Notes: a model not told the origin generated them from the letters alone. A stretch of DNA of 56,626 bases, filler included, from Basidiobolus ranarum (GCA_040143965.1; 6 parts of 6 records of this genome joined end to end with filler, not necessarily neighbours in it), one strand, 5' to 3'; shown: positions 1 through 12,654, counted from the first letter of the whole stretch. Numbers and translations are program-made.

Positions 1-602
1 ATTTGAAGATAATCAAAGGTGTATTTCATTTGCTAAAAACCCTACATTTCATGCTAGAACATAAGATATAGATATTAGGCATCTTTTTGTTAGAGAAGCA
101 ATAGAGAAAGGCATAATTGAGCTCGTCTATTACCCTACTGAAGAAATAATTGCTGACATATTGACCGAACCTTCAGCTAGAGCACAATTTGTATTATTAA
201 AATATAAATTAGGTTTAAAATAAAATACCAAACAATCAGTTGAGTGGGAATGGTGAAATTGACTAAATAGCAACTAATTATTCAGTAATTAGTTTATTAA
301 TATTCTAATTATTTAGTACTCAATTCTGTCAATCAAAAATGTGTGTTTGTTGCTGTAATTGATAAAAATATCAATTAGATCACTTTTACCAATTTTCACT
401 ATTTTCTCAAATCTTCTCCAAATCACCTCAAATTTTCAAACATGCTTAACAGGCATGTTTGTTATGATCTAAGCACGTCCAATAGTCCCATTTCATATTA
501 AACTAAAAATAGGACATATTCAATTCAATAAAACATAAGTGTCTAATTCACAAATCCAAATCTTGTCCAAAGCACTTCCAAATCCCCTAAACACTTTTAT
601 CA
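1..602 (+). mobile_element. 3' end of a Ty1/copia LTR retrotransposon (decayed RNase H, PPT, 3' LTR at 251-602)
   Basis: Translates as FEDNQRCISFAKNPTFHART*DIDIRHLFVREAIEKG...ADILT, a copia RNase H with an in-frame stop. Purine tract TTGAGTGGGAA precedes an LTR running TGGTGAAATT...CTTTTATCA (352 bp), similar to the other LTR copies in the window. Confidence 0.92.
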
Positions 603-3035
603 TTTAGAGCATTTCTGAGCAGGAATTAGGCAATATGCTGTGCAACCAAAGATCCTGACAAGATCCATCTTTGGTTATGATCCATATAGGGCTTCAAATG
701 GAGTAGATTTTTGTAGCAATCTTGTTGGGCATCTGTTTTTCAAATAGACTGCAGTGGAGACAGATTCAGTCCAATATTGGTAACCTAACTTTGGATCTTT
801 TAACATTAAACTTGTTATCTCTACTATGGTGTTCTTAGCATGTTCTGCAACTTCATTTTGCTGTAGAGTAAAAGGTATAGTAGTTTGTTGCATAATTCCG
901 TGTTTAGAACAAAAACTAGTGAAGTCTTTAGAGCAGTATTCTCTACCATGATCACTCCTTAGTACTCATATTTTATGTGCTGATTCCTTCTCTACCATTG
1001 CTTTATAATGCTTGAATGTAGATAAGGCCTCAGATGTTGATTTGAGAAAGAATACCCAAGTATATCTTGTTTTGTCATCAATAAAGATCATGAAGTATCT
1101 TTTCCCACCTAGTCAGACATTTTTCATGGGCCCACAAAGATAAGTATGAATCAAGGGAAAGTTCTGAGTGGATATGATCTCTCCAGAGCTTATAAATGGC
1201 TTTCAGTGATGTTTTCCATGTATGCAAACTTCACTCAGATTCAATTTAGTGATACTTTCAATTTTCAAACCTGAAACAAGCTGATTTTTGATCATTCAGG
1301 TCAGTTTTGTCCCCCAATGTGGCCTAATCTTCTATGCCATATTTGACAGCTTATTTTGCCGGTTTTGGCCAAGTTTGCATGCTCAGAATTCAATTTGTTG
1401 ATTTTGAGCTTGCATAAGTGTTGAGTTTTGATCCCAGTAGCTAAATTGGCATTATTCTGATCTGTGATAACACATCCAGCCTTACCAAATATGAAATTTA
1501 GTCCTTGCATTGTAGCTTGGCTTACTGAGAGTAGATTCTTGGCTATTATTGGTACATACAGTATATTATCCAATTTTGCAGATGGTGTAGCTGAATATTG
1601 GTCTACATTGAGTACAACAGAGCCCTTCCCAACTGCATCTAGTGCAAAGTCATCACCTAAGTAGACTTTCCTTGTTTGGATTGGTTTTAAGCTTAAAAAA
1701 ACCAATCTTTCTTGTTTAACATATGTTGGGAACCTCCTGAGTTAATGTACCACATTTTGAGTCTTCTTTAGTGCTTACTCATAAGGCAGATGCAAATTGA
1801 TGATTCCTGTCAGTGCTTACTTGATTTGCTTGTTCTGATTTTGGCTTTTTGGCAAAAAAATCCTTTTTCTGCAATCTTTGAAAATATGGCCTAGTTTCAT
1901 ACAATACTTGAGTATGATTGATTTCCTATTAGGGGCACCATTATTGAAGTGTGTTGGATATTTTGCAGCTCCAAAAAATGCCTGTTCTGGATTATGTTGC
2001 TGAGTATCAGATCTCCGTAGTTTTGGATTCATAAGCCAAGCACCAAGTTATTCCATTGTTAATGGCTCTGATCCCAATTCTAGAGCAATTATGCTTTTTA
2101 CAAACTTGTCTGGCAGGCTCCCAAATAGTGTCATGACAAAGGCATCTTCATTTAGAGGTGCGCAAATTGATCAGAGCCAATCTGCCATAGTTTTTATTGG
2201 ATTTATGTGATTAAGCATAGAATCAACAGAATTCATCTGAATTGGGATTAATTTTACCTAAGCTATAGCCTGTTAGCCAGACCTTTAATCATCAGACATC
2301 ATCTGAATTAAGAACAATTTTCATCTAAGATATAGCCAATTAGCCAGACTTTTGTATTAAATTGTCCTTCCAGTGTTTCCCAGGTGTTTTAGACATTTTT
2401 GGCTGATTGTATGTGCCTGAATTGAGAGTCTCTGATATGTAGACAAAGTGTAAGAGTGCTCTTCTCAGCTACTTGTGAAAGGTAAGGACAGCTTCTGGTG
2501 GTCCCTTTGGTACTGTTTCTTCTCCTGTAACAAACCCCCAAAGATCCTTGTCCTCTAGCACCAATTGCATTTTGAACTTTCAACTGTGAAAGTCTTCCCC
2601 ATCCAACTTCTATGTGGATGCAGAAACACTGGTAATAGTACTGGTAGATATTTCTTTAACATCTTGCTTGGGGCTCATAACCTGATAAAGGTATGAAGGG
2701 GATTAGGAAGTGTTTTGGACTAGATTTGGAGTTGTGAGTTAGACATTTAAGTATATATTCAATTGAATATGTGCTATTTATGGTATACTGTGAAATAGAC
2801 CCATTGGATGTGCTTAGATAGTAACAAATGTGCCTGTTAAGCATGGGTGAAAATTTGAGATGATTTGGAGAAGTTTTGAGAAAACAGTGAAAATTGGTAA
2901 AAGTGCTCCAATTGATATTTTTATCAATCAGAGCAATAAATACATGTTTTTCAATGACAGAGTTGAGGGCTAAATGATCAGAACAGGAATAAACTAACTA
3001 CTAAATAATGAATTGCTATTTACCTAAATTCAACA
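603..3035 (-). mobile_element. Decayed Ty1/copia element: 5' LTR (2683-3035), PBS (2671-2682), gag, protease, partial integrase
   Basis: Minus-strand LTR TGTTGAATTT...CTTTATCA followed by GGTTATGAGCCC. ORF fragments show a gag zinc knuckle (YCMKLGHIFKDC), a GAG-pre-integrase motif (WHRRLGHIG) and integrase (PFTLQQNEVAEH, WTESVSTAVYLKNRCP). Many stops and frameshifts. Confidence 0.92.
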
Positions 3036-6000
3036 AGCAGGTACAATAGTTCTTTTTCAAAATAAACTATAAACATCACATATTCAATTGAATAAGACTT
3101 AAGTGTCTAATTCACAAATCCAAGTCTTGTCCCAAAAACTTGCAAATCCCCTACACACTTTTATCAGGTTATGAGCCCCATGTTGGCTGCTAAAAGATTG
3201 GTTACCACTAATATTCCCAACGTTTTTGCATACACAGAGAAGTTTGAAGGTGAAGTCTTTCATCTTTGGAAGTTCAAGATGCTATTGGTGCTAGAACACC
3301 AGGACCTTTAGGGAATGGTTTCAGCAGAAGAAATAGCGCCAATGGGACCACCTGAATCTTTCCTGCTTTAACATTAAGTATAGGAAAGCACTCTCTGCAC
3401 TTTCTCTATGTCTCAGAGACACTCAATTGAGGCACATACCCATAGCCAAAAATATCTAAACTGCTTGGAAAACACTCAAAGGACTATATGAGATTGAAAG
3501 TATGGCTAATAGGCCATTTCTTAGATGTAAATTTTTCTCAATTCAGATGACTTAGTTATGACACTACTTGGTAGCCTGCCACATAAGTTTGGGAAACTCA
3601 TAATTGCCCTAGAAACATGATCAGAGCCTTTAACAATAGAATATGCTGGAGCTAGGCTTTTGAATATGCAATTTAGGAGATCTAAATCTGAGCAAAATAA
3701 TGCATTTCAGGCATTTTTTGGAGCTGTAAATCTCCAACAGGCTGCAGTAATGGTGCCCCTAATAGGAAATCAATCATTTGAAAGTCTTGCCAGAAACCAG
3801 GCCATTTAATCAAATATTGTAGAAAAATGATATTTGCCAAAAAGCTAAATTTGAAACAAGAAAGTCCAGTAAACACTGGGACAGATCTGCATTTTGTGTT
3901 AGCTACTGGGACCAAAACTAAAAGTTATACCAGTTGGAAATCACCAAATTGCATTCTGAGCAAGCAAACTTGTCTAAAGCCTGCAATATAAAGCTGTTAA
4001 ACATGGCATAGAAGATTAGGCCACATTGGGGAACAGAAACTGACCCATATTGTTCAAAATCAGCTTTTCTCAGGCCTTGAAACTAAAAATATCATCAATT
4101 TGGATATGTTTGAAGGTTGCATACATGGATAACATTTCAGACAGCCATTTTCATGCTCTGCAAAAATCAAATCAACTCTGAACCTCACCCTAATTCATTT
4201 TGACCTATGTGGGCCCATGAAAAATGTTACACTAGATAGCAAAAAGTACTTTATGACCTTTATTGAGCACAAAACAAGATATAATTGGGTATTGTTCTCA
4301 AATAAAAATCTGATGACAAAGTCACATTCAAGCATTACAAAGCAATGATAGAGAAGGAAGCGGCACAAAATAGAAGGGTACTAGGGAGTGAGAACTGTTA
4401 TGAAAACTACTCTAAAGACTTTACTAGTTTTTGCTCTAAACATGTTAATAAGAAAGAAACTACAGTACCATGCACTCCAAAGCAAAATGTAGTTGCAGAA
4501 CATGCTTATAGGACCAAATTGGAGATGGCAAGATCAATTTTACACAGTCCAAAGTTAGATAACCAATGTTTGGCTAAATCTGTGTCTACTGCTGTCTATA
4601 TCAAAAACAGATGCCCAACAAGTTTGCTACAAAACTCTACTCCACTTGATGCCCTATATGGATCAAAACCTAGTGTGGATCATCTCAGGATATTTGGTTG
4701 CAGAGCATATAGCTTAATTCCAGCTCAAAAAGCTCATAATTGGAACCCAAGAGCAGAAAATGCAGATTCCTGGGTTACTATGATGGATTTAAGGCTAACA
4801 CACTGCTTGATACCAATAATCAGAAGTTAACAAAGTGCAGGGATGTGATATTTGATGAAAATTCAATTTTTTGCCTGAAATTTTAGTTCTTGATCTTGAA
4901 AACCCAATCAGCACCCTTCATGTAGTGTCTGACATAATTCCAGCTGTATCTCTGCCCAATATAACCCAAATTCCAGCTTTGTTACATCAGAGGATTCTTC
5001 AGTACCTACAAGATCACCCAGAAGAAGGAATAAGACAGGAAACTGGTGGAACACTTCCAATGATGATGTCTATACTAATGCAGCATTAAGTAACAAGCCG
5101 TAGACTCAGGTTTTGGCTCTGGAGCATCCAGAATCAAAATTATAGATTAAAGAAATGTCTGATGAATATTCTTCACTTCAGAACAATAAAACAGGGGTTT
5201 TAAGTCCTCTACAATCAGCAAGAAGGCCAATAGGTTGCCAATAGGGCAACAAAGTCAAAAACCAGCCAATGAAACCATGAAAAGATACAAAGCAAGATTA
5301 TTTTGAAAACAATATTTCCAGACTCCTGCAGTGAATTTGAATGTAACTTTTGCTCCAGTAGCTGAGCTTAGCTCCATTAGATCAATCACGGTACTCTCAG
5401 CTGACCATAACTTTGATTTACATCAAATGGATGTGAAAACAACCTTTCCGAATGGAAGACTAGACAAGTAGGCCCATATGGAGCAACAAATTGGATTTGT
5501 GGATGCAAAATATCCTGTTGAAGTCTGTAAACTGCTATATGGACTCAAGCAAGCACCCAGGGCATGGTACAATATGATAGGTACTACTTTGGAAGAACTG
5601 GTATTCCAAAATGTTTAGCAGATTAGAGTATTTATATCAAAACAACTGGAAACAGGATTCCTATCTTTTCAATATATGTGGATGACTTGATTGTAGCTAC
5701 AGATGATATGGAGGCACATATTCAGACAAAAAGCCACTTATCCAACCAATTTCAGATTACTGAAGGGGGTGAATTAGGCTATTTCCTTGAAATCCAAATT
5801 AAGAGAGATCAACCCAATCAGAAAATCATGATGAATTAGTTTAGATACATCCTGGATATCCTTGAATTCTTCAACATGGAGAATAAGAAGCCTTTATCAA
5901 CTCCAATGGATCCCAATGTGAAATTAATGAAAATTCCATTACATTAGGCCCATAATGACTCAAATCAAAGCCAGGGGTTCCCTTATGAAGTATTCAAATG

Positions 6001-6928
6001 TAAACAATAGCTGGAATGTGTCTAGATGGTGCTGTGGCAGTGGGAACTCTCAGTCAATATCTTCAAAATCCAGTATCTGAGCATAAAACTGCAGTAAAAC
6101 ACCTATTCAGATATTGGAGATGAGCTGTAGTTTTTGTTCTGGAATACTCTGGCACTCCTGAGGCATAGAGTTCAAAGGCTACAGTGACGCAGATTGGGGA
6201 AGAAGCCTTGATGATAGAAGATCAATTACTGCATACACTTTTCTGTGTCATAAATATGCTATAACTTGGAATAATAAGAAGCAACCAACCAGAGCACTTT
6301 CAACTACAGAAGCAGAGTATTTGGCTACTACTGCTACTACAAAGGAAGCCCTGTGGTTTTTGAAGTTATGTAAAACTTGGGATATATGCAAAAACATGCT
6401 GTAACTTTATGTGAAGATAATCAAAGTTGAATTTCACTAGCTAAAACCCTACATTTCATGCTAGAACAAAGCATATTAATATTGGGTATTATGATGTTAG
6501 AGGAGCAATACTGATTGATGTAACTGAACTTGTCTATTCCCTTACTGAAGAAAGGATTGCTGACATGTTGACCAAACCTTTAGCTATAGGACAATTTAAA
6601 TTATCGACATGTGAGTTAGTTTATTCAGTTTCTGATTATTAAGAAATCATTTTCACCCTTAAAAAAACTTGTTTATTGCTCTAAATTGCACAAGTATCAA
6701 TTTGATCACTTTTATCAATTTTAACTATTTTCTCAAAACTTCTCCAAATCACCTCAAATTTTCATCCAGGCTTAACAGGAATGTTTGTTATGATCAAGGC
6801 ATGCTCAATAGCCCTATTTGGTTGTAAACTCTAAATTGGACACATCCAATTTAATAAGAATTAAGTATCTTAGTCACAACTCCAAATCTTGTCCAAAACA
6901 CTTCCAAATCCTCTGAACACTTTCATCA
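3036..6928 (+). mobile_element. Near-full-length decayed Ty1/copia element (partial 5' LTR 3036-3166, PBS 3167-3178, gag-PR-IN-RT-RH with internal deletions, 3' LTR about 6612-6928)
   Basis: GGTTATGAGCCC directly follows the LTR end TTATCA. Integrase ORF at 4345-4830, RT motifs HQMDVKTTF, LYGLKQAPRAWY and YVDDL, RNase H YSDADWG and STTEAEY. The PPT and LTR start are deleted. Confidence 0.92.
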
Positions 6929-8520
6929 ATGTCTTCTACACTCTTCATATAGTTCCTAAAATCACAAATGGTTGCTCAGAAGCAAAATGCCTGGAGAAAC
7001 CCTGTTTAGCAAAATCAAAATGTTCGATTTGTGAATGTGTGAGTCCTGCCTGGCCACTGTTCTTTTGAGCTTTTTAAGTATCATTACTACATGTGGAAAG
7101 ATGTATGATTGCTTCCCTGATATTAGCTACCTCCCATCAGAACATCCCTGTGTTAGATTTTATGAATATTTTGATCCAATAGTGCTCCAATGAGTGATCT
7201 GCTTTGGTTCCAGCACAGGGTGCCATCCAACCTTAAGTTATTGCCAATCTGATAGTAATATCTGTGACGCAGCTGTCAACAGTATCTAATCTTTCCTCAA
7301 TTATACTGTTGCTATTGTGTACTGTCTTTTTTATTCACCTGGTTATGGCTTCTCACATTAACTCAGCATTAGCTTTGACCAAAGTTAATATGAGGGCATC
7401 AGGCTGTAGCAGCATTTGAGATACCAGCATATCATTGATCAGATGACTTAAGTGAGTTTGCTCATGGATTTCTGCACTTTGTAGCACTGAACCAGATACC
7501 TTTCCATCATCACTATGAAATCCCACCTTGTCCTTAACTTGGCCTTACAGGAAGGTAACATTAGTGTTAATGTACCTACAGAGTTTCCTATCCAAATTTT
7601 AAGGATTGGTATCATAAGAGAACCACCATAATTTTAATCCATGTTAGATTGAGCCTTTACTTAGCATCATAAAATCTTCAAGTAAAATTTTATTTTAGTT
7701 AATTTTGCCAGTTTCAGGAGTGATAGTTCAAGATCTTGCAAAGCAGCAGCAAATGATTGGCTACAATATCAGAAAACTATGGTTCAATATATATGAATAA
7801 ATATCACTCAAATTTTCCACACTTGCCACATGCAAGCAAATTTGCCACCTTCAAGATCCCTAGTTTCTTTTATATATTCTCCTAAATAACTTTATAGAGC
7901 TTTTCATACTAAAGGTGTAGTTCACATCCAACACAAGTTTGTATCAATTTCTCCATCAAAGCCCACCATTGTATTAACATTGCTGAATCAACAATCTTCC
8001 AGCTATCTGGCTGATACCTTGCTATATTGTACCACTCTACATTATGTATTTCCTGATAGCAGCACCATCAATACCAGACTGAATGGCAAGTGAATGTTCT
8101 TGTTCTGACAATACTTTGTGAAAACTTCCACAGTGCATTTCACCTCATGCTTTTGAAAATACTCCTTAAGGACTTTAACTATTTTTATACATCCCTGTAG
8201 TGCAAACTACCCATTGTGTTTTGCATTGTTTGGGTGGCTTTTTGCTTGACTTTAAGTTTGTGGCCACTTTTGACTCTTTGAAAGGTACCAATTGGGTTGC
8301 ACAGGTGGGAGGTTCAATTGTTGGTATGTTAGCCTGTTGGGAGATGCTAAGTGTGTGATTAACTTTCAACTTTTGCACTCTTCCCACCTGTGTTCTTGGT
8401 TGCATGGTAAAATCAAGCCATTTTGCCAGCATGTCTGACACCAGCAATACAGATCTTTACAATGGTGTAAAGAACATTGTAAGTGGGACTTAGGATCATG
8501 GGGTCCTTTGCTTTTCCCTT
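6929..8520. repeat. Unidentified decayed repeat-derived sequence
   Basis: CpG-depleted like the flanking TEs. 7736-7820 matches 47679-47764 in inverted orientation on another contig. No protein motif confidently recognised. Confidence 0.45.
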
Positions 8521-9270
8521 GGATTTACTCACTTCCTGCTTACTTAGTGCATCTTCAGTGGTTTTCTATTCTTTTTCAAGGTAATAACTGTGCGTGTTTT
8601 TACTTCTCTAACATAATGATGCCTAATATCTAGGTATTTAGCTCTAGCATGAAATGTTGGGTGTTTAGACAATGAAGCACAACTTTGATCATCTCTGAAT
8701 AAAGTAATAGAATGCTTTTGCATATATCCTAAGTCCATAAATCACTTTCTCAACCACATACACAGCTCCATTGGAGTTAATAGAAGCTTGCTTTTCTCCA
8801 TGTTGTAGCAGTTTGGGATTTCTAGGATGTAACTAGTCTGATTCAGCCTGCATGAGTTGATCTCCCTTGATTTGAATTCCAAGGAAAAAGCTGAATTCAC
8901 CCATATTGGTAATCTAAAATTGGTTGGATAAGATGCTTTTTGTATTGGGTCAACAAATACATGTGTAGGGTCAAATATAGATCTCTTCTGGTAGATTTCC
9001 ATTCAGAAATGCTGTTTTTATAACTATATAATGAAAATCAAGGTTATGGGTGGCTGAAAGTGCCAGCATATATAAAATAGAACTACACTTAGCTTCTGGA
9101 GGAGATGTTTTTTAACTCAACTCCTGGAGCCTGGAAATAACTTTGGCTACTAATCCTGCTCCGTGCCTTTATATGGTTCCATCAGTCTGGTTTTTGAGCT
9201 TGTATACCAATTCCATCCTGTTGGCTTTTGTACTGATGGTAGAGAACTTAAGACCCATGTTTTTTTTTAA
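8520..9270 (-). mobile_element. Heavily deleted copia RT/RNase H fragment
   Basis: ORF 8544-8738 reads DDQSCASLSKHPTFHARAKYLDIRHHYVRE. Segments are collinear with 5180-6560 but carry large deletions. Confidence 0.85.
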
Positions 9271-9289
9271 CTTATTTAGCGAGAAATAT

Positions 9290-9362
9290 TGGTCTGGCCA
9301 TGATTTGAACCTGGGGCCTCCTTCACTCTAGCAAGGTGCTCTAATCACTTAGCTACCAGTCC
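9290..9362 (-). pseudogene. tRNA pseudogene or tRNA-derived SINE head
   Basis: 73 nt: GGACTGG TA GCTA AGTGATTA GAGC A CCTTG CTAGAGT GAAGG AGGCC CCAGG TTCAAAT CATGG CCAGACC A. Cloverleaf spacing with A- and B-box, but a mismatch in each stem. The anticodon position reads AGA with no long variable arm. Confidence 0.7.
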
Positions 9363-9369
9363 TTGTATT

Positions 9370-9469
9370 NNNNNNNNNNNNNNNNNNNNNNNNNNNNNNN
9401 NNNNNNNNNNNNNTTAATTAATTAANNNNNNNNNNNNNNNNNNNNNNNNNNNNNNNNNNNNNNNNNNNN
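9370..9469. other. Artificial contig-joining linker
   Basis: N44-TTAATTAATTAA-N44, with stops in all six frames. Identical at five positions. Confidence 0.97.
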
Positions 9470-9533
9470 GCCTAATGGATAAGGCATCAGACTTCGGATC
9501 TGGGGATTGTGGGTTCGAGTCCCATGCGCCTCG
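9470..9533 (+). tRNA. tRNA-Arg(UCG) copy 1 (first 9 nt lost in the gap)
   Basis: Identical to copy 2 from nt 10 onward; followed by TTTTT. Confidence 0.9.
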
Positions 9534-10514
9534 TTTTTGCTGCTATCTCTTCAGTTTCTGATGAAAAAGTCAACGGGATCCGGTGTAGTATGGTAGAGCA
9601 ATCAATACATAAATAGATCTACTCACGATCTTCCAACCACTATTACCCCATAGATATTTCGCCTTCAATAGCGATGTCAATATTGTTATTAGTTTTTCAC
9701 TAGTTTTCGTTTACGGTTTGTCACAACTCGCACAGCATGATTTATAATTTGATAAGCCCATCACACTGCTTGAGTGTAATCTAACAGGATATATATATAT
9801 CACCCACTATCAAGATGGGGATGAAAATTACTAAATGAGTTAGAACCGCATCATGATCAACTCTGAGGAGCAGGTACTGAGTGTTATTATATGAAAATGA
9901 AGACGCAAGGAAATACAAAATGATCCTCGATGATAAAAACTAAAGAAACCATCTGAGAATGAAGATTCTGAGAAGAATTCTGAAATGTATCAAAAGCACT
10001 TATAACAAGGATATGGGTCATATTAAATATTAGGAAGTGTTACGAAATTGGATTATCGGATAAAAAGCGATGGCAATTTCGGAGACAATATAATGTCTCA
10101 ATCAACTCCATATGCACACATATAGTGCATCAGCAAACCTCGACCCCCACCAAGTTTCATGCTCACACCTTTCCTACACACCCCGCAAACACAAAACAGT
10201 CACAAAAATGCACATATCTCTAGAACTACTGGGTGGGTCATTACTAAACTTTAGTCAAATAATTCACTACTATTATTCTATCTTAGGTATAAATTTAGAA
10301 ACGAACTGACCGTGGAGACAAAAGATACTAGACATCGGAAACGGGTTGTCATTGTTATATACATGTTTCGAAATTATCACACTCCCAAATCTGACAGGAA
10401 TGCCACTCGATTTTCCCCTGATCAACCCTATACAAACAATACAATCGAAATAAAGTTAATCAGTCAATTTATCAGTGAACGTCAGAAACCAGGCACAATA
10501 AAAGTAAAATGCAA

Positions 10515-10587
10515 GGGGCGTTGGCCTAATGGATAAGGCATCAGACTTCGGATCTGGGGATTGTGGGTTCGAGTCCCATGCGCCTCG
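10515..10587 (+). tRNA. tRNA-Arg(UCG) copy 2
   Basis: 73-nt cloverleaf, anticodon arm TCAGA-CT TCG GA-TCTGG, A20 and G73 Arg identity elements, GGTTCGAGTCC B-box, T-run terminator. Confidence 0.96.
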
Positions 10588-11070
10588 TTTTTGGTCCCAT
10601 ATTTTTGGATCCTAATACCAAACGCAAAGACTTGGCGATATCATCCATTCTATTTGACTCTGGTTGAAATTTCGACTTAATCATTTAGGACTTAGAAGTA
10701 TATTAAGAAAGAAGATGTGGGATTGAAAATAAAACGTGAAATAGTGTTAATCTAGACAAATCTCGACTTTACCTGAGTATCCATATTCTTACCAAGATGT
10801 TAATTAATAATTCAATGTCTAGAGCTGTTGTCTGCCACTTAATATAAAGTTCAATATTTAAGAACCGAGTCGCAACTGAGATTCTGTAAACTCTATCAAA
10901 TATGTTTTGTCTGTTAAGACGAATAGAGTACTAGTTTAGTAAGTTCAACATATATATTATTTCTGATTATTCTTTACTCTATCCGTTAACCGTTGTGTAT
11001 TGCCGCCAAGTATAAGTGGTATCACGATTTTTTGCCCAACCACTCATAACTAAAGAAATGTCGACAAAAT

Positions 11071-11143
11071 CGAGGCGCATGGGACTCGAACCCACAATCC
11101 CCAGATCCGAAGTCTGATGCCTTATCCATTAGGCCAACGCCCC
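11071..11143 (-). tRNA. tRNA-Arg(UCG) copy 3
   Basis: Exact reverse complement of copy 2. Confidence 0.96.
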
Positions 11144-12224
11144 TGGCTTTTTCCTTATTATCTATGAGTGTTTGTACTATTACTGCTGCTAATAGCTACT
11201 CTATCCATCACGCATGACTTCTTGTATATTGAGCGTTATCAACATGTTACTCTTGAAAATGGCACATGGATCTTGAAAGGTAAGGCAGAACAGAATTACC
11301 ATTCATCTACGAGATTATAATATTGCTTTAGTTCTGTTATTCAAAAATATCCTGTAAAAACTGTGTGTAGAAGTTGGGCAAATCGCTTTCCTCTTATTAA
11401 AGTCAGGTTGCAGCTATATACCAAAATGAGGTCCAGTACTGTAACTAATATAATACTTATTTTTTCTCACGTTCTTATTACTACTTCCAACATTTTGGTT
11501 CATCTACCAATACTAGGTTAGCTGAATAGCTTTCAAAGACATCTCGAGAACTATAATTTAGGCCAATACTTCATAAAGTTAAAGTACAACCACTTTCTAA
11601 TATGCACTAGAATATGGACAAGCAACGCAGATCTTATGGAGCTCAGGCCCACAACCCTCATATTTGTAATCTGATATATTGTCCATCAGCAATCGTCACT
11701 CTAATGTTTTTGATAAGTCAATGGATTAACTTTAAAGTGTACCAAATAGCATTGACAATCCCCCCTATCACTAACCATTATATTATAGATTATACACGCT
11801 TATATAATCTTTGCAGAATTGTCAAGTGAAAGAATGTTTGCCTGCCAATGTTAGTACTTTACTAAAGATATTCAGATACTATGTTAACCCTAATATGAGA
11901 CTGATAGTATCAAGTATGTAAAAGAGTTCAATTTCTTTTTCAATTACACAGTGTATATAATATTCTACCTTAGAGGCTTCCAAACATTTGAAGCAACAAT
12001 CCAAATGCATAGAAATTCTTGAGACGCGCAGAATCTGTAGCCAGTTACTTAAGAATATCTTAAAAGTATCTTGAAAGGACGCAGAGTATTAGTGCTACAC
12101 CTCATAAAACTAACAGCAGCCATATCAAAAGCATGGTGATAATGCTCGCGATTCATGACAAATTACTGAGCATCTTGCTGGAGTATATAAGGTAGGAAGA
12201 TTCCAGCTCAAAAGAAAACAGCAA

Positions 12225-12297
12225 GGGGCGTTGGCCTAATGGATAAGGCATCAGACTTCGGATCTGGGGATTGTGGGTTCGAGTCCCATGCGCCTCG
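12225..12297 (+). tRNA. tRNA-Arg(UCG) copy 4
   Basis: Identical to copy 2; TTTTT terminator. Confidence 0.96.
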
Positions 12298-12581
12298 TTT
12301 TTATCCCTGTTGTTTGTGCGCAAGACGACAGCACATGCTTACAAGTATTAAATTCGGTAGTATATCATTTTATTCAGTCTAGAATGAAAAATAGTTATGA
12401 CCCTATTAGACCGTACACAAAGGTCTTGGAAAAATACCAGGAAGAAAAATACACAGGTGTCTCGTAATTTGGAATGGCACCTCCAAGATTGAAATACATT
12501 ATAATGCTTTGTTAATCAACTTCTTAGTTTCCATAGTATCATCCGATACGTTGTATATTTCTAGGAAAATAGAGTCAAAAG

Positions 12582-12654
12582 CAAGGCGCATGGGACTCGA
12601 ACCCACAATCCCCAGATCCGAAGTCTGATGCCTTATCCATTAGGCCAACGCCCC
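12582..12654 (-). tRNA. tRNA-Arg(UCG) copy 5 (C72U variant)
   Basis: One substitution gives G1:U72 (3' end GCGCCTTG). Confidence 0.92.

Noticed and set aside
9414-9425. TTAATTAATTAA palindrome recurring every ~9.45 kb, read as a biological periodic element
   Set aside because: It is always centred in N-runs and is a six-frame-stop assembly linker.
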